Assembly (NCBI RefSeq): GCF_964194155.1
Contig: NC_135888.1
Span: forward strand, 90,334,001-90,398,000
Direction: 5' to 3'
Source: Cetorhinus maximus
Taxonomy: Eukaryota
Length of the DNA: 64,000 nucleotides
Positions 37,460 through 49,392 of this stretch are shown in pieces; positions within the stretch are counted from its first letter, which is position 1; each line of letters starts with the position of its first letter. The position numbers were made by a program, and so were the translations under genes. The notes under the pieces are model-generated. The model was not told where the DNA came from. It searched no databases and saw only the letters and a program-made list of their open reading frames with translations.

Positions 37460-39094
37460 TGTTAGGAACAAAAAGTAGAATTTTTAAGTTGAATTTTTAT
37501 TTATGTATTTTTGTGTTAAGGAAGGTAGAGTGGTTCCAGTTTCACTTGGGTTTTTTTACGAGCCTTGGTGCATAGAAGCCAGTGTGGACCATTGGCTGAA
37601 AGGTCAGTTTTTTTGGGTTTGTTCATATGTGTATATATATTTATATATAAACTTTTTAAGGAGGTTTTACAACCCCAGAAGCTAAAGAGAGGGTTTAAAA
37701 GGAGTTAGATGTTTAGTGATTTTGGAAAAAACACGAAGTAGGAAAAACTTGAGTATTGACTTGCGACAGTACTGAAGTGACACAGAGACAGAGAAGACCA
37801 AGACGTGAAAGGCAGTTCAGTCAGTGGATGTCAGAGAGAGAAGACAGGAATTTTAAGCTCTCTGATTAGAAATACTACAAGGCAACTGGGAGACTGAGTT
37901 TAGGGAAATTATGGGGAGAATTTTCTCCCCATCAGGCGGGTTGTGCGGGGCGGGCGCAGCGGGCGCGGAGCCGATCAGCGCCCCCAATTGGCTGGGCACC
38001 GCCATTTTACGTAGGTGGGCCAATGGGCCAATTAAGGCCTGCCCACCATGACGCGCGCCCAGAATCGCTGAGCGATCCTTGTGCGGGCCGGAGGGGTGGG
38101 GTGGGGGGTGGGGCTGTTGCCTGAGTCAGGAGTGCGCTCTTTCACGCATGTGCGTGAAAGAGCGCAGAAATCTCCCTAAGGCACAAAGGTGCCTCAGGGA
38201 GATTCGTTTTAAATTTAAACAGTTTAATAAATTGTTGTAAAAATTTTTATGAAATGTCCCCTCATGTGAAACTGTCACATGAGCTGGGACATGTGCATTA
38301 ATTTTAATAAACATTTTTCTGAAAATTTTAAATTATTCATGAAACCTCATCCCGCCCGTGGGTGAGGTTCCATGAAAAATGCGAAGGCCGCCTGGGCTCT
38401 TCGCCTGCCTGCCAACCTTAAGGTTGGACGGGCAGCTTTCTCAATAGGCTTAATTAGTTCATTAATGGCCTTAACAGGCCTTTGACAGTTCGCAGCTGAG
38501 TCGGCTGCGTGCCTGCCGAATTGAAAATCTAGATGATGTGCGGTGACGTCGGGACGCACGCCTGACGTCACCCTGTGGCAATTTACACCTCTGCATAACA
38601 GGCCCCACGCTGAGTCAAAAATTCAGCCCTATGTTTTTGCTCTGTGGTTTTAGCAATAGTGAGTTTAGAGTGCAGTTTTAGGTGTCTTGGGGAGAGATAC
38701 CAGTTAAGTGAAAAGCATCGAATTAATGCTCAGAAAGTCACTGGAGGAAAACTGTTTGCAACTGTACCACACCAAGCAAGAAGCCTTAGTGTCAAGATAG
38801 TGGTTAATCTTCACTAGGCTTTGTGTCTATAAAGATATGGCAGGGGTAAAGGAATATAGGGAAATTGAAGCACCTTCTTGTGTTTGTATTGAGAGCTTTC
38901 CAACCTTTTCATCTAGTGTAATATAATTCATTTTTCTTGTTTCAATTAATATTTTATTCTTTGCGTTAAAAGTTCACCAGCAGACTCCTGTGAATTTCCC
39001 CCCATGATTTCTAAAAAGAAGTTAGGATCTATCAAGCCAGTTTTCACTCTGGGATCTGACTTGTCCAGGATAAACATCAGCTGGGATTATAACA
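37460..39094 (+). mobile_element. Solo LTR with nested MITE
   Basis: TGTTAGGAAC...CTGGGATTATAACA, 4-bp TSD CTTT; 3' ~200 bp homologous to 62190-62387. Confidence 0.85.
37913..38629 (-). mobile_element. Hairpin-rich Harbinger MITE, copy 4 (inverted)
   Basis: GGGGAGAATTTT...AAAATTCAGCCC, TSD TAT; reverse complement of the 30807 family. Confidence 0.92.
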
Positions 39095-40384
39095 CTTTAC
39101 ATTTGAAGAGATCATGTTTTGCATTGCAATATAGCATGTGATATCCCTGCACATTTCTGCCAGTACATAAATGTGCCTTTTAGAAACTTAGACAGGAATC
39201 AAAAGTAATCAAGTCTTACATGAAAATATATATTTCATATACGAAATTGTAATGCAAGGTAGGATTCTCTGATAACTTTCAAATGCCATAACTGTGTAAT
39301 ATCAAGTTTAACCAACTACAGCTAACATATTCAAATACTCTGCCAAAATATTTTTAGATCATAATTTGAACATAATTTTCTATACTAGGTTACCTAGTTT
39401 CTCCCATTCAGCCTGTTGCTTGGTATTACATTTAAAAGCAGAAGAGGATCTCCTTTGATGCAGTGCAAGATAGTACCCAAGAAAGCTTACATATAATGTA
39501 CAGCACAGAAACAAGCCATTCATCCCTACAAGTACTGCTGATACTTATGCTGCACATGAGCCTTCTCCCAACCCTCTTCATGTAACTTTATCAGCATGAT
39601 CTTGTGTTTCTTTCTCCCTCATATGTTTATCAAGCTTTCCCTCAAATGTGCCTATGTTATTTGTTTATATTACTCCGTGCGGTAGCAAATTCCACATCCT
39701 CACCACTCTCTGGATAAAGAACTTTCTCCTAAATTCTTTATTGGATTTATTAGTAAGCATCTTTGGATCTCCACCACAACATCAGGTGGAATCGTCCCAG
39801 ATTTGCACAAAGTGCGATAGTGGGCGGGAAAAACGTTGTTTGGCTGATGGGTTTTTGCACCATATCATCCCAATCCCATCTCATTAATTATGCAGCCAAA
39901 AGGAAAATCACCTCCAATTTGTCTGCCATGCCATTACCTCGTCACTTCCTCATACAGGGCTCCATGTTTAAACTGCAGCCCTGTGAACACTTCTCAATGC
40001 TTGCAGCCCAGGACTACACCGGGGAAGGCCTGGCCCCAAAAGCCAAGAAGAGTGCAGCCCCCAATTCAGTGACACATCCCTAGGACAACTTCTAGACACT
40101 ATGGAGGCCCATCGGGGTGTCCTCCACCCCCGATCTGGCTGCAGGAGGCCCATCAGTCTCACCACTCCGGCTTGGGAGTGGTGAGACTGATGGGAGGTTT
40201 TGAGGGGGAACAAAGATGTCGGTGGAATGAGGTTGGGAGGGGTGAAATGAAGGTGTCAGGAATGGTGTGGTTGTGATGGGGAACGAAGTTGTCGGGGGGG
40301 GGGGTTGAGGTTGGGAGGGGTGTGGGACTACGGGGGGAAGAAGGGGTAATGGGGAGAAGACAGCAACTGGGCAGGTAGGTGTAA

Positions 40385-40685
40385 GGGGGGAGGAAGGGAT
40401 AAGGGAAGGAGTTCAGAGGAGGGAAGCAGTGCAGAGAAGAGAAGGATTCCAGGGGGAGGAAAAAGTCCAGGGTCAGGAAGGAGTGCAGAGAGGGGAAGGA
40501 GTCCGGTGGAGGAAGGAGTCTGGGGAGAGGAAGGAGTGTGGAGAGGGCAAGGAGCCCAGGGGTGGTAAGATTCCGGGAGGAGGAAGGACTTCCAAGGGGG
40601 GAAGGGGTTCTAATGGGGAAAGGAGTCCAGAGGGGGGAAGGAGTTCCAAGGAGGGGAAGGAGTCCAGGGGGGAAGATGTCTAGGT
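40385..40685 (+). repeat. Degenerate purine-rich ~18-bp minisatellite (GGGGGAAGGAGTCCAGG-like)
   Basis: About 16-17 imperfect units are visible. Confidence 0.8.
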
Positions 40686-40879
40686 GAACATGCTAAAAAG
40701 GGTTCTGTTGAGTCCATAACTACCTCCTGGGGAACAAACTGAAGGTGGCCATGGTATGAGGGAATGGTGAGAATGACCAAGGGAAAAGTGAGATGGTAGG
40801 TTGATAGGATGAGGGTGCGACAGTATCAAAGGAAGGGATGGCGAGGGTGGTTGGTGGGGACTGGGAGGCAGATACAGAC

Positions 40880-42485
40880 CCTGGGAGTGGGAAGGAAGAG
40901 GTCTTGCTTTGGCTGTCCTCCTGTGGGCCAGCTGCTCCCTCTGGGGTGACAGGGGACGAGGTTGAGGGGGTCACAGGCAAAGGGGACTCAGAGAGAGTGG
41001 ACAGCCTTTGAGATTCCTGAGTGGATGACCAGTGGTGTCCAGCTGCCGCTCCTCTTCCATTCAGGTGCCTAAGGGCCCCAGCCTGACCCCTTGAGGTTAA
41101 GGAGCACCTGGGGGACCATCAAGGTGCCCGGTTCCCTCTTGTATCGCCACTGCAGGTACTCACCCATGGCTAGCGTGATGGAGTGCAGGTCTGCGCGCAT
41201 CTCCGCGTTCTGCTGGACCAGAGTCTCCATGCGTTCACCATCGTCCCCATTGAGACCTCCATACATGCACATATGGGCACCACTTGATCAGAAAGCAGGT
41301 GGACACACTCCTCCGACTTGCGGCCACTCTGTTGAGGGCTTCCAACAGCTCTGTGTGATGTTCTCCCCCACCTTCTGCTGACTCTCCACGATGAGTTGGA
41401 AGGCCTAATCCAGAGGCTCATCATCTGACTCAAACCTCACAGATGTTTATTCCCCAGCAGTCCTCCGAATGCCGGTGAGCGCAGCTGAAACTGCCTCCTC
41501 CCGCTGCGGACACGTGTCCGTGCGGTGACCACCAGATTGTGAACAAGAGCCTGCTCTAGATCTAGGTCCCACCAAGGTGTGTGTCTCTGCACTGGTGGAG
41601 GGTGTGGGTAAGCCCTGTGACGGGTCTTCCAGGCTGCTTATTTCCAGATCTTCAATGGAGGAGGTGTCCTCTATGATGGAAGTGAGGATGTGGATGGAGC
41701 TGAGGGACTGGCTGACTGACGGTGTCAGTCGCTTGGCAGAGCTCCCTGTGAACCAAATTGGAAATAATTAGTGCATGGCAGCACAGTCAAAAGCAGGAGC
41801 GAGGGCACTCACATTTGCTTTGAGAGAAGGATGATGAGGTGCAGGATCCACATGAGGGTGTTCATCGCCGACCTCACCATTGCCACGACAAGGTCCACAT
41901 CCTCACCAGTCAGTGCAATGGCATGCTCCTCAAAGTGAGTGAGGGGCCTAATGTGGGCCACTCCACCCCTTGTCTTGGACTTCTCCCCACTCTTGTAAGC
42001 CAGCTTTTCCTGCATGAAAACAGATGGAGAGAGTGTAAGCAGGATGCATGGCACTGCATGGAATGTTTGTGCGGTGAGTGGAGCCATGGGCGGGATGAGG
42101 AAGTGAGCTCGAGAGGGTATAAGTCTGATGGAAATGTGTGTGTGTGTGAGATTTAGTGGTGTTGTCCCTTGAGATGTGAGATCCCTATGGATGTGTGATG
42201 GGTTTGTAAGTGTATAAGTTGAGGGTGATGAGAAGAGTGACTTACCCTGGCAGAATGGGTGAGAGCATTCATCCTGTTGAGGCACTGGGTGTATGATCTC
42301 TTTTGCAGGGCATTGCCGCTGACCACTGCTGCCGCCCCCTCCCATGCTGGATTAGTGATGTTGCTGCCCCTCTTGCGGCTGGGGCAGGGGTAGAGGACAT
42401 CATGGTGGGCCTCCAAAAGATGCTCAAGGGACGTGTCATTCAACCGGGTGGGGGGCGCCACAGACTTTTTGCCTTTCGAGGCCAT
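40880..42485 (-). pseudogene. Intron-containing Harbinger Myb/SANT-like DNA-binding protein pseudogene
   Basis: Exon 1 42485-42246 (MASKGKKS...HDVLYP...AWE...QKRSYTQCLNRMNALTHSAR|GTAAGT); exon 2 from 42009 (CAG|EKLAYKSGEKSKTRGGVAHIRPLTHFEEHAI) to 41813 |GTGAGT; exon 3 from 41745 (Ser/Thr/acidic, PTPSTSAETHT). Stops and frameshifts occur downstream. Confidence 0.8.
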
Positions 42486-43788
42486 GTCTTTTGTGCAGTA
42501 GTCCTGGGCTGGAAGCACTGAGAGGTGTGCGGGTGGCTGCACTTTAAATATGGTGCCCGGTGTGAGGAAGCAGCAAGGTGATGGCGTGGCTGGCGAATGA
42601 GAGCCCGCCTGCCATCGAGACGACGTGTTTCTCGGGAATGCATGATTAATGAGGTGAGATTGGGATGATGCTGCGTGAAAATCCGCCATTGTGGCCAGTG
42701 GGAAAAACGTTCTTTCTCCCGCCCATTACCACACTTAGTGCAAATCTAGGACGATTCCACTCCTGGCTTCATGACAGCGTGAAACCGATTTTTGGCCATG
42801 TCGTCATATTGTCTGCTCACACCCGCTATGACGCCCGACGCCAACAGGGCCATAAAATTCCAACCATCCTCTCTACATCTACCTGATCAAACGTGTTCTC
42901 AATCTTAAAGAAGTCTCTCAGGTCACTCTACAGCCTTCTCTTTTCTAGGTAAAAGCACCCCAGCCAATTCATTCTATTTGCATAGGTCTAATCTCATATT
43001 TTTAGTGTCATCCAGCCAGGACTGTGTTGGACAAACTAAGCCAAGAGGTAACAAAAGTATGAATGTGGTTTTCAGCAACAGGTAAGTTGAAATGGGGGAA
43101 GGTCGGACAATGTTATGCAGGTAGAAAGAGGCAGTCTTAGTGATGGCATGAATATGTGTTCGGAAGTTCATCTCAGGATCAAAGATGACACAAAGATTGC
43201 CGACACTCTGGTTTAATTTCAGACTGTTGCCTGTGGGAACAGTGGAGTCAGTAGCTTCGGAATAGTTTGAGGCAGGTACTGAAAACAATGATTTCCATCT
43301 TCCCAATATTTATTTTGAGGAAATTTCTGTTCATCTGGTACTGATTGTCAAATAAGTGGTCTGGTAACTAAGCAACAATGGAGAAGTCAAGAGAGATGAT
43401 GTTGAGGTAGAGCTGGAAGTCGTCAGTGTACATGTGAAAACTAACGCTATGCTTTTGGATGGGCAGCATGTAGATGAGAAACAAGAGGGGAAAAGGGATA
43501 GATCCTTGGGGGACATCCAAGGTAATGCTGTGGGACCAGAGAGAGAAGCCATTGCAAGTGGTACTCAGGATATGATTAGACAGGTAAGAATGGGACCACA
43601 CAAGAGGAGTCATCATCTGGATGACAGTGAAGAGGTGTTGGAGAAGGATGGTGTGGTCAACCTTGCCAAAGTCTGCAGACAAGTTAAGACAGATGAGGAA
43701 GGAAAGTTTACCTTTGTCACAGTCAAATAGATGTCATTTGTGACTTTGGTAAGAATTGTTTTGATGCTGTGGTAGGAGAGGGAACATA

Positions 43789-43915
43789 GGATGAAATTTC
43801 ATAGCCCCGCCGTGGTGGGGGCTGGGCTGTAAAATGTGACGAACCGTTCAAAAGTCCATTGACTTCGGCGGGGCTGGAAAATCCTGTCGGTGGGAGGGGC
43901 CGTAAAATTCTGCCC
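43789..43915. mobile_element. 127-bp Harbinger MITE
   Basis: GGATGAAATTTC...AAAATTCTGCCC, TSD ATA/ATG; core CCATTGACTT shared with the reverse complement of 23827-23954. Confidence 0.85.
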
Positions 43916-44210
43916 ATGGACCTCCAGGAAGGTGGGCACAGATGTGGGAGGCAACAACATATCCAAGGATTTTAGAGAGGAAAGGGATGTTAAAGATGGG
44001 ACGGTGGTTTGCAAAGTTGGTGGGGTCAAGGGTTTTTCTGGTCAGAGAGGTGATACAGCAGATTTAAAGAAGAGAGGGACAATGCCTAAGGAGAAAGAAC
44101 CATTAGCACTATAAGCTTACCTGGGGACCAGAAGGGAATGTTGGCCCAGTGCACTAGTGGAAGGGAAGGACAAAACAGAAGCAACTGATCGGATGGCCTC
44201 AATCTTAGTG

Positions 44211-47200
44211 GCTGTAAAGAGGGCCCAGAGACAGCAACCACCTCCCAGAAGAGCAGGTAAGGACCCAGAGGCAGGAATCACCACCTGGTGGTTACTGTCT
44301 GGAGCGGTGCAGAATGGGCCAACAGTGAGATCACGAGGCCGCCACTACTCTTTATAAATCCCAAGGAGGGAAGTCCTGTGGGAAAAAGAAAAGAGGAGAG
44401 CAGGAGTATGTGTGTCTGTATGTCTTAGGCCCACACAGTGGAGCCTGGTCTCCAGTCGTCTCAGACTCCCTTGTCACTGGACCGAGGACTTGCTCCGTCA
44501 AGCCCATGTGGTAGCTGGTGTGCAATGGCCACCCAACGTTAAAAGAGCTCATGCTCAGGCATCTTCCACCACCTTAAAATGAAGTTCAGGACCTAGAACA
44601 TAAGGACTCTAATGGACAATCCCAACAGTGACAGACCGGAATGGCATACTGCTATCATTGCCCGGGACCTCAGACATTTTGACATTGGCATCGCCACCCT
44701 AAGTGAGGACCGATGGGCAAGGGGAGGCCAGCTCAAGGAACAAGGTGGCAGTTACACCTTCTTCTGGAAACGTAGACCAGTAGAAGATCGCCGCCTCCAC
44801 GGGGTTAGCTTCGCCACCAAAAACAAACTAGTTGGTCATCTCAAAGACACCCCTTGTGGGATAGACGAATGCTTCGTGACCCTTTGGCTCACCCTAGCCC
44901 AGAACCAATGCACTACCGTTCTCAGCGTGTACGCTCCAATACTGGATGCTACAGACAAGTCCAAAGAGGAATTTTACTCCAGCCTCGAACAATCCCTGGC
45001 CCGAGTCCCAGTGGGCGATAAGCTGATCCTCCTTGGTGACTTCAATCCAGAGTTGGGAAGGACACAGACCTCTGGGGCGATATAATCGCAGAGAGGAGGT
45101 AGGGAAATTCAACAGCAACAGTGCCCTGCTCCTGACAAAATGCCTAGAACACGGCCTTGTCACAATCAACACCTCGTTCCATCAGAGGGACAAGTACAAG
45201 GCCTCATGGCAACACCCTCGCTCCAAGCACTGGCACATACTCGACTGCATCATTGTCTAAGCAAGGGACCACAAGGGCGTGCGCATCACCTGCGCCATGA
45301 CAGGAGTGGGACAGACCACCACCTAATTCTACTCTGTCATCAACATCAATGTAGCCCCAAAGCAGCCATGGCTACAGAAACAAAGCCGCAGGAAAATCAG
45401 CACTGAGGCTTTCAAGGACCCTAATAAAGGAGCTGTATTCAGCCAATGCCTCACTGCCAACCTGGCAACTCCCGGTGACCCAGAGTGGCAGAGTGGCCAC
45501 AATGCCTGGTCTGATCTCAAGGCATCCTTAGTCAGCACCTGTGAAGCGACGCTTGGTCACTTGACCAGGAAACACCAAGCCTGGTTCGATGAGAATGGCC
45601 AGGAGATTCAGGAGCTGATAGGCCACAAGTGCAAGGCATTTCTGAACCTGAAACAGCAACCCAACTCGAGAGCAAGAAAGCAGCTCTACATATGTCTGAA
45701 GGCTGTGGTCCTTGGCAGACCTTGGCAAAGAAGCACAATTAGCACGAATACATGGCCTCATCTCCATTATTTGGAAGGAGGAGATCTTGCCAGGAGATCT
45801 CAGAGATGCCGTAATCATGGCCATCTTTAGGAAAGATGACAAGTCCGACTGCGGTAAATATAGAAGAATCTCCCTGCTGTCTGCCACAGGGAAGGTCATC
45901 GCAAGAATCCCCCTCAATCACCATCTCCCTGTGGCTGAAGAGCTCCTCCCAGTCGCAATGCGGATTCTGCCCACAAAGGAGCACAATGGACATGATCTTC
46001 ACTGCGTGGCAACTGCAAGGGAAATGCAGGGAACTGCACCAACTCTTGTACATGGCCTTCTCTGACCTCACAAAAGCCTTCAGCACTGTCAACCGTGAAG
46101 GATTATGGAGAATCCTCCTCCATTTTGGCTGCTCCCAAAAGTTTGTCATCATCCTCTGCCTGCTCCACGATGACATGCAAGCTGTGATCCTGAACAATGG
46201 ATCCACCACAGACCCAGTCCATGTCCGGACCGGGGGTAAAGCAAGGTTGTGATCTCATACCGAAGCTCTTCTCGATTTTCCTTGCTGCAATGCTCCATCT
46301 CACCCTCAGCAAGCTCCTCGCTGGAGTGGAGCTAAACTACAGAACAAACGGGAACCTGTTCAACCTTCGCTGCCTGCAGGCCAGATCCAAGGTCGTCTTA
46401 TTCTCTCATTGAACTACAGTAAGCAGATGATGCTTGTGTCTGTGCACCCTCGGAGGCCGAGCTCCAAGCCATCGTCAACACCTTCACCGAGGCGTGCGAG
46501 AGCTTGGGCCTTATACTAAACATCCATAAAACAAAGGTCCTCCACCATACTGCCCCCCCACCCTCCCCCACCCCCCTCCACGGTTATCAAAATCCATGAC
46601 GAGGGATTTCCATACCTTGGGAGCCTACTGTCAACAGGGGCAGACATCGATGACGAGGTTCAACACTGCCTTCAGTCTTCGTCGGCAGTCATTGGCCACC
46701 TGAGGAAGAGAGCGTTTGAAGACCAGGACCTCAAACCTGGCACCAATCTCATGGTCTACAGAGCAGTAGTGATACCCGCCCTCCTAAATGACTCAAGGGT
46801 GTGGACTATGTACAGCAGGCACCCCAAAACTCTGGAGAATTACCACCAGTGCTGCCTCTGCAAGATTCTGCAAATCCATTGGCTGGATAGGGGCACCAAC
46901 TTCAGTGTTCTTGCTCAGGCCAACATCCCTAGCATCGAAGCATTGACCACGTTCAATCAGCTCTGCTGGCGGGCCACATCGTCCACATGCCTGACAGGAG
47001 ACTGCCGAAACAATCACTCTACTCAGAGATTTGACATGGCAAGTGAGCCCAGGAGGGCAGGGGAGACACTTCAAGGACACCCTCAAAACCTTCTTGAAGA
47101 AGTGCAACATCCCCATCCACACCTTGCCCAAGACCAACCCAAGGGGAGGGAAAGCATCTGGGAAGGACCTGGTCACCTCGAGTCTCATTGCCAAGGGCTA

Positions 47201-47383
47201 GCTGAAGCCAAGTGTTGACAGTGGAAGGAGCACATGGCAACCTGGGAACCCCACCCACCTGTTCCCCCTACTACCGCCTGCCCAACCTGTGACAGATACT
47301 GGTCTCTTTAGTCACCTGAGAACTCACTTTTAGTGTGGAAGCAAGTCATCCTCGACCCCAAATGACTGCTTAAGAAGAAGAAG
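44211..47383 (+). mobile_element. RTE-clade LINE with both ends (5' UTR, EN, RT, AAG tail), decayed and internally deleted
   Basis: 16-bp TSD GGCCTCAATCTTAGTG (44195-44210 / 47384-47399); EN MDNPNSDRPE...LSE.R...YTFFW...SVYAP...LLGDFN; RT CGKYRRISLLS, FSDLTKAF, GVKQG, LQ*ADD; C-terminal CPTCD..LFSHLRTH; (AAG)n tail. Confidence 0.95.
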
Positions 47384-48535
47384 GGCCTCAATCTTAGTGA
47401 CAAAGAGTTTGCGAATTCCTTGCACTTATTTTTGGAGGTAATGTGGATGAGACGGGAGAGAGGGGTTTGAGAAGACAGTTTGCGGTTGAGGAATCTTTCA
47501 TTCCACTATGATGCTGGAATAGTGATCAATAGATGGCCCGGATAGTAAAGCTACAGTGGCATTGATACTATGTTTTTTATATAAATCATATTGATTTTTG
47601 CTAGCGCATTTGGCCACATTGTATCAAAGAATAGAATAACACAAAGGAGATCATTTGACCCATTGAGTCTGCATAAACTCTTCCAAGGAGCAACCCAGTT
47701 AAACCCACTCCCCCACTTTTTCGCCATATCCATGGATCTTTTTCTCCCTTCAAATATTTATCCAATTCCCTTTTGAAATCTACTATTGAATCTGTATCCA
47801 CGACCCTATCAGGCAGTGCATTCCAAATTCTAACTACTGTTTAGCGTTAAAAAAAAGGTTTTACCTTTTACCACTCCTGATTCTTTTACCAATACCAAAT
47901 AATCCTCCTGTTATCAACCTTTTAGCTATTGGAAATAGTTTCTATTTATCTACTCTATCTAAATTTTTCATGATTTTGAACACCTATAAAATCTTTTTAT
48001 GAGCCTTCTCTGTTCTAAAATGTCCCAATCAATCCATATGCTGTTAACTATCATCCCTCCTCCCCAGAACCATTTCAGTAAATCTCTTCTGTCCCCCTTC
48101 CAAAACATTCATATTTTTCCTACACTGTGGTGTCCTGAATTCAACACAATACTCCAACTACGGCTGAACTAGTACTTTATATAGTTTTGACATATCTTCC
48201 TGGCTTTTGTACTCTACGCCTCTATTTATAAAGCCCAGGATTCCATATGCTTCATTAACTGCTTTGTTTACCTGTCTTGCCACCTTCAAAGATGTGTGTG
48301 CCAGCACTCCAGGTATCTCTCTTCTTGCACTCCCTTAAAAATTGTATATTTCAGTATATATTGTGTCTCCATATTCTTCCTACCAAGATGTATCACCTCA
48401 CATTTTTCTTCATTGTATTCCATTTGCCATGTATCCATCCATTCCACCAGTCTATATCCTCTTGAATTATATTGCTTCTTCTTCAGTATTTCTACTACAC
48501 ATTCAAGTTTTGCGTGATCCATAAATTTCAACCTT

Positions 48536-49392
48536 CGTAAGGAAAATTTACAATTTCTTTAAAAAGTCTGTAGAATCTGTAAATGCTTTTTTAAGAATGT
48601 TTGAAAGGGACTTTTAAGAGATTTCATCAAGTATAAAGGGATCAATTGTAGTTTTCATGGATTGACCTTACAATCCTTAACCTGGAAGCAGTATCAACAG
48701 GAAGAAAGTTAAGACTAAAAGCCTTGGCTAGACACAAAGGAGAGCTGCAGACAAAGGAGAGCTACAGTAGAGGGGAGAACGTAGAAGGCACATCTACAAA
48801 GAGCTGTGTCGGACAGAAAGCCAAAGGCAGGGTTAGAGCAGAGCTTGTGCATTGGACAATTTTATTGCCATTGAATTTTGTCAGAGCTAACTAGACCATT
48901 TAAAGGGGTTTATTAAAAGTATAAGATAAAGAGGTCTTTGGGAAACCTGTGCCATCAAGACTGTTCTGAATGAAGCTAAGGAAGTTCTGCAGGAGGGTGC
49001 CTTCCGAGTGACGTCCATCTCTGGGAGCCTTGGATAGTATATGGCTGTTGGTGAATGCGACTTGAAGGCCAAATCAATTGAGTGGGGAAGTGAAAGTACC
49101 AGAGGCCAAGTTAGAGAACTTTGAAACTATGTGTGGCGCCACATGCCTGCACCAGTGATGTGGGTGTTTGTGGTTGTGTAAGACATACCTTTGTTGTATC
49201 GACTAAAGTGAAATTTAGCTTTCTATTTATAGTATAATTTGTCTGATAATTCATGTTTAATTTGTATTGGTTCCAATTCATATTAAAGTAAAAGCCACAA
49301 AAAGTGGAATCTTGTTGGTAATTTCTTCATTTGGGAGTCATTTAATGAATTTGGTTACTTTGGTTTACACTCCCCCCAAGAGGATTGTAACA
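48536..49392 (+). mobile_element. Probable old solo LTR
   Basis: (C/T)GTAAGG...GGATTGTAACA termini, ATTAAA near the 3' end, interrupts CR1; no TSD seen. Confidence 0.5.

Larger units (their letters stand above)
39784..42865 (+). mobile_element. Composite Harbinger element
   Basis: Left end AGGTGGAATCGTCCCAGATTTGCAC and right end ...AAATTCCAACC match the two ends of 4821-6043; TSD ATC; contains an inverted second copy. Confidence 0.85.
39490..42975 (-). mobile_element. Old CR1 3' fragment split by the Harbinger composite (pieces 39490-39783 and 42866-42975)
   Basis: Antisense ...HILTTLWIKNFLLNSLL pattern typical of a CR1 3' end; the halves rejoin across TSD ATC. Confidence 0.75.
42990..47550 (-). 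mobile_element. L2 LINE RT fragment (42990-44210, resumes 47384-47550) hosting a MITE and an RTE
   Basis: DLSADFGKVDHTILLQHL, DVPQGSIPFPLLFLIYMLP, FHMYTDDFQLYL, NLCVIFDPEMNF. Confidence 0.9.

Noticed and set aside
40385-40685. Periodic repeats resembling a CRISPR array or a repetitive protein ORF (40429-40683)
   Set aside because: Degenerate head-to-tail minisatellite without unique spacers, in a eukaryotic context with no cas genes.
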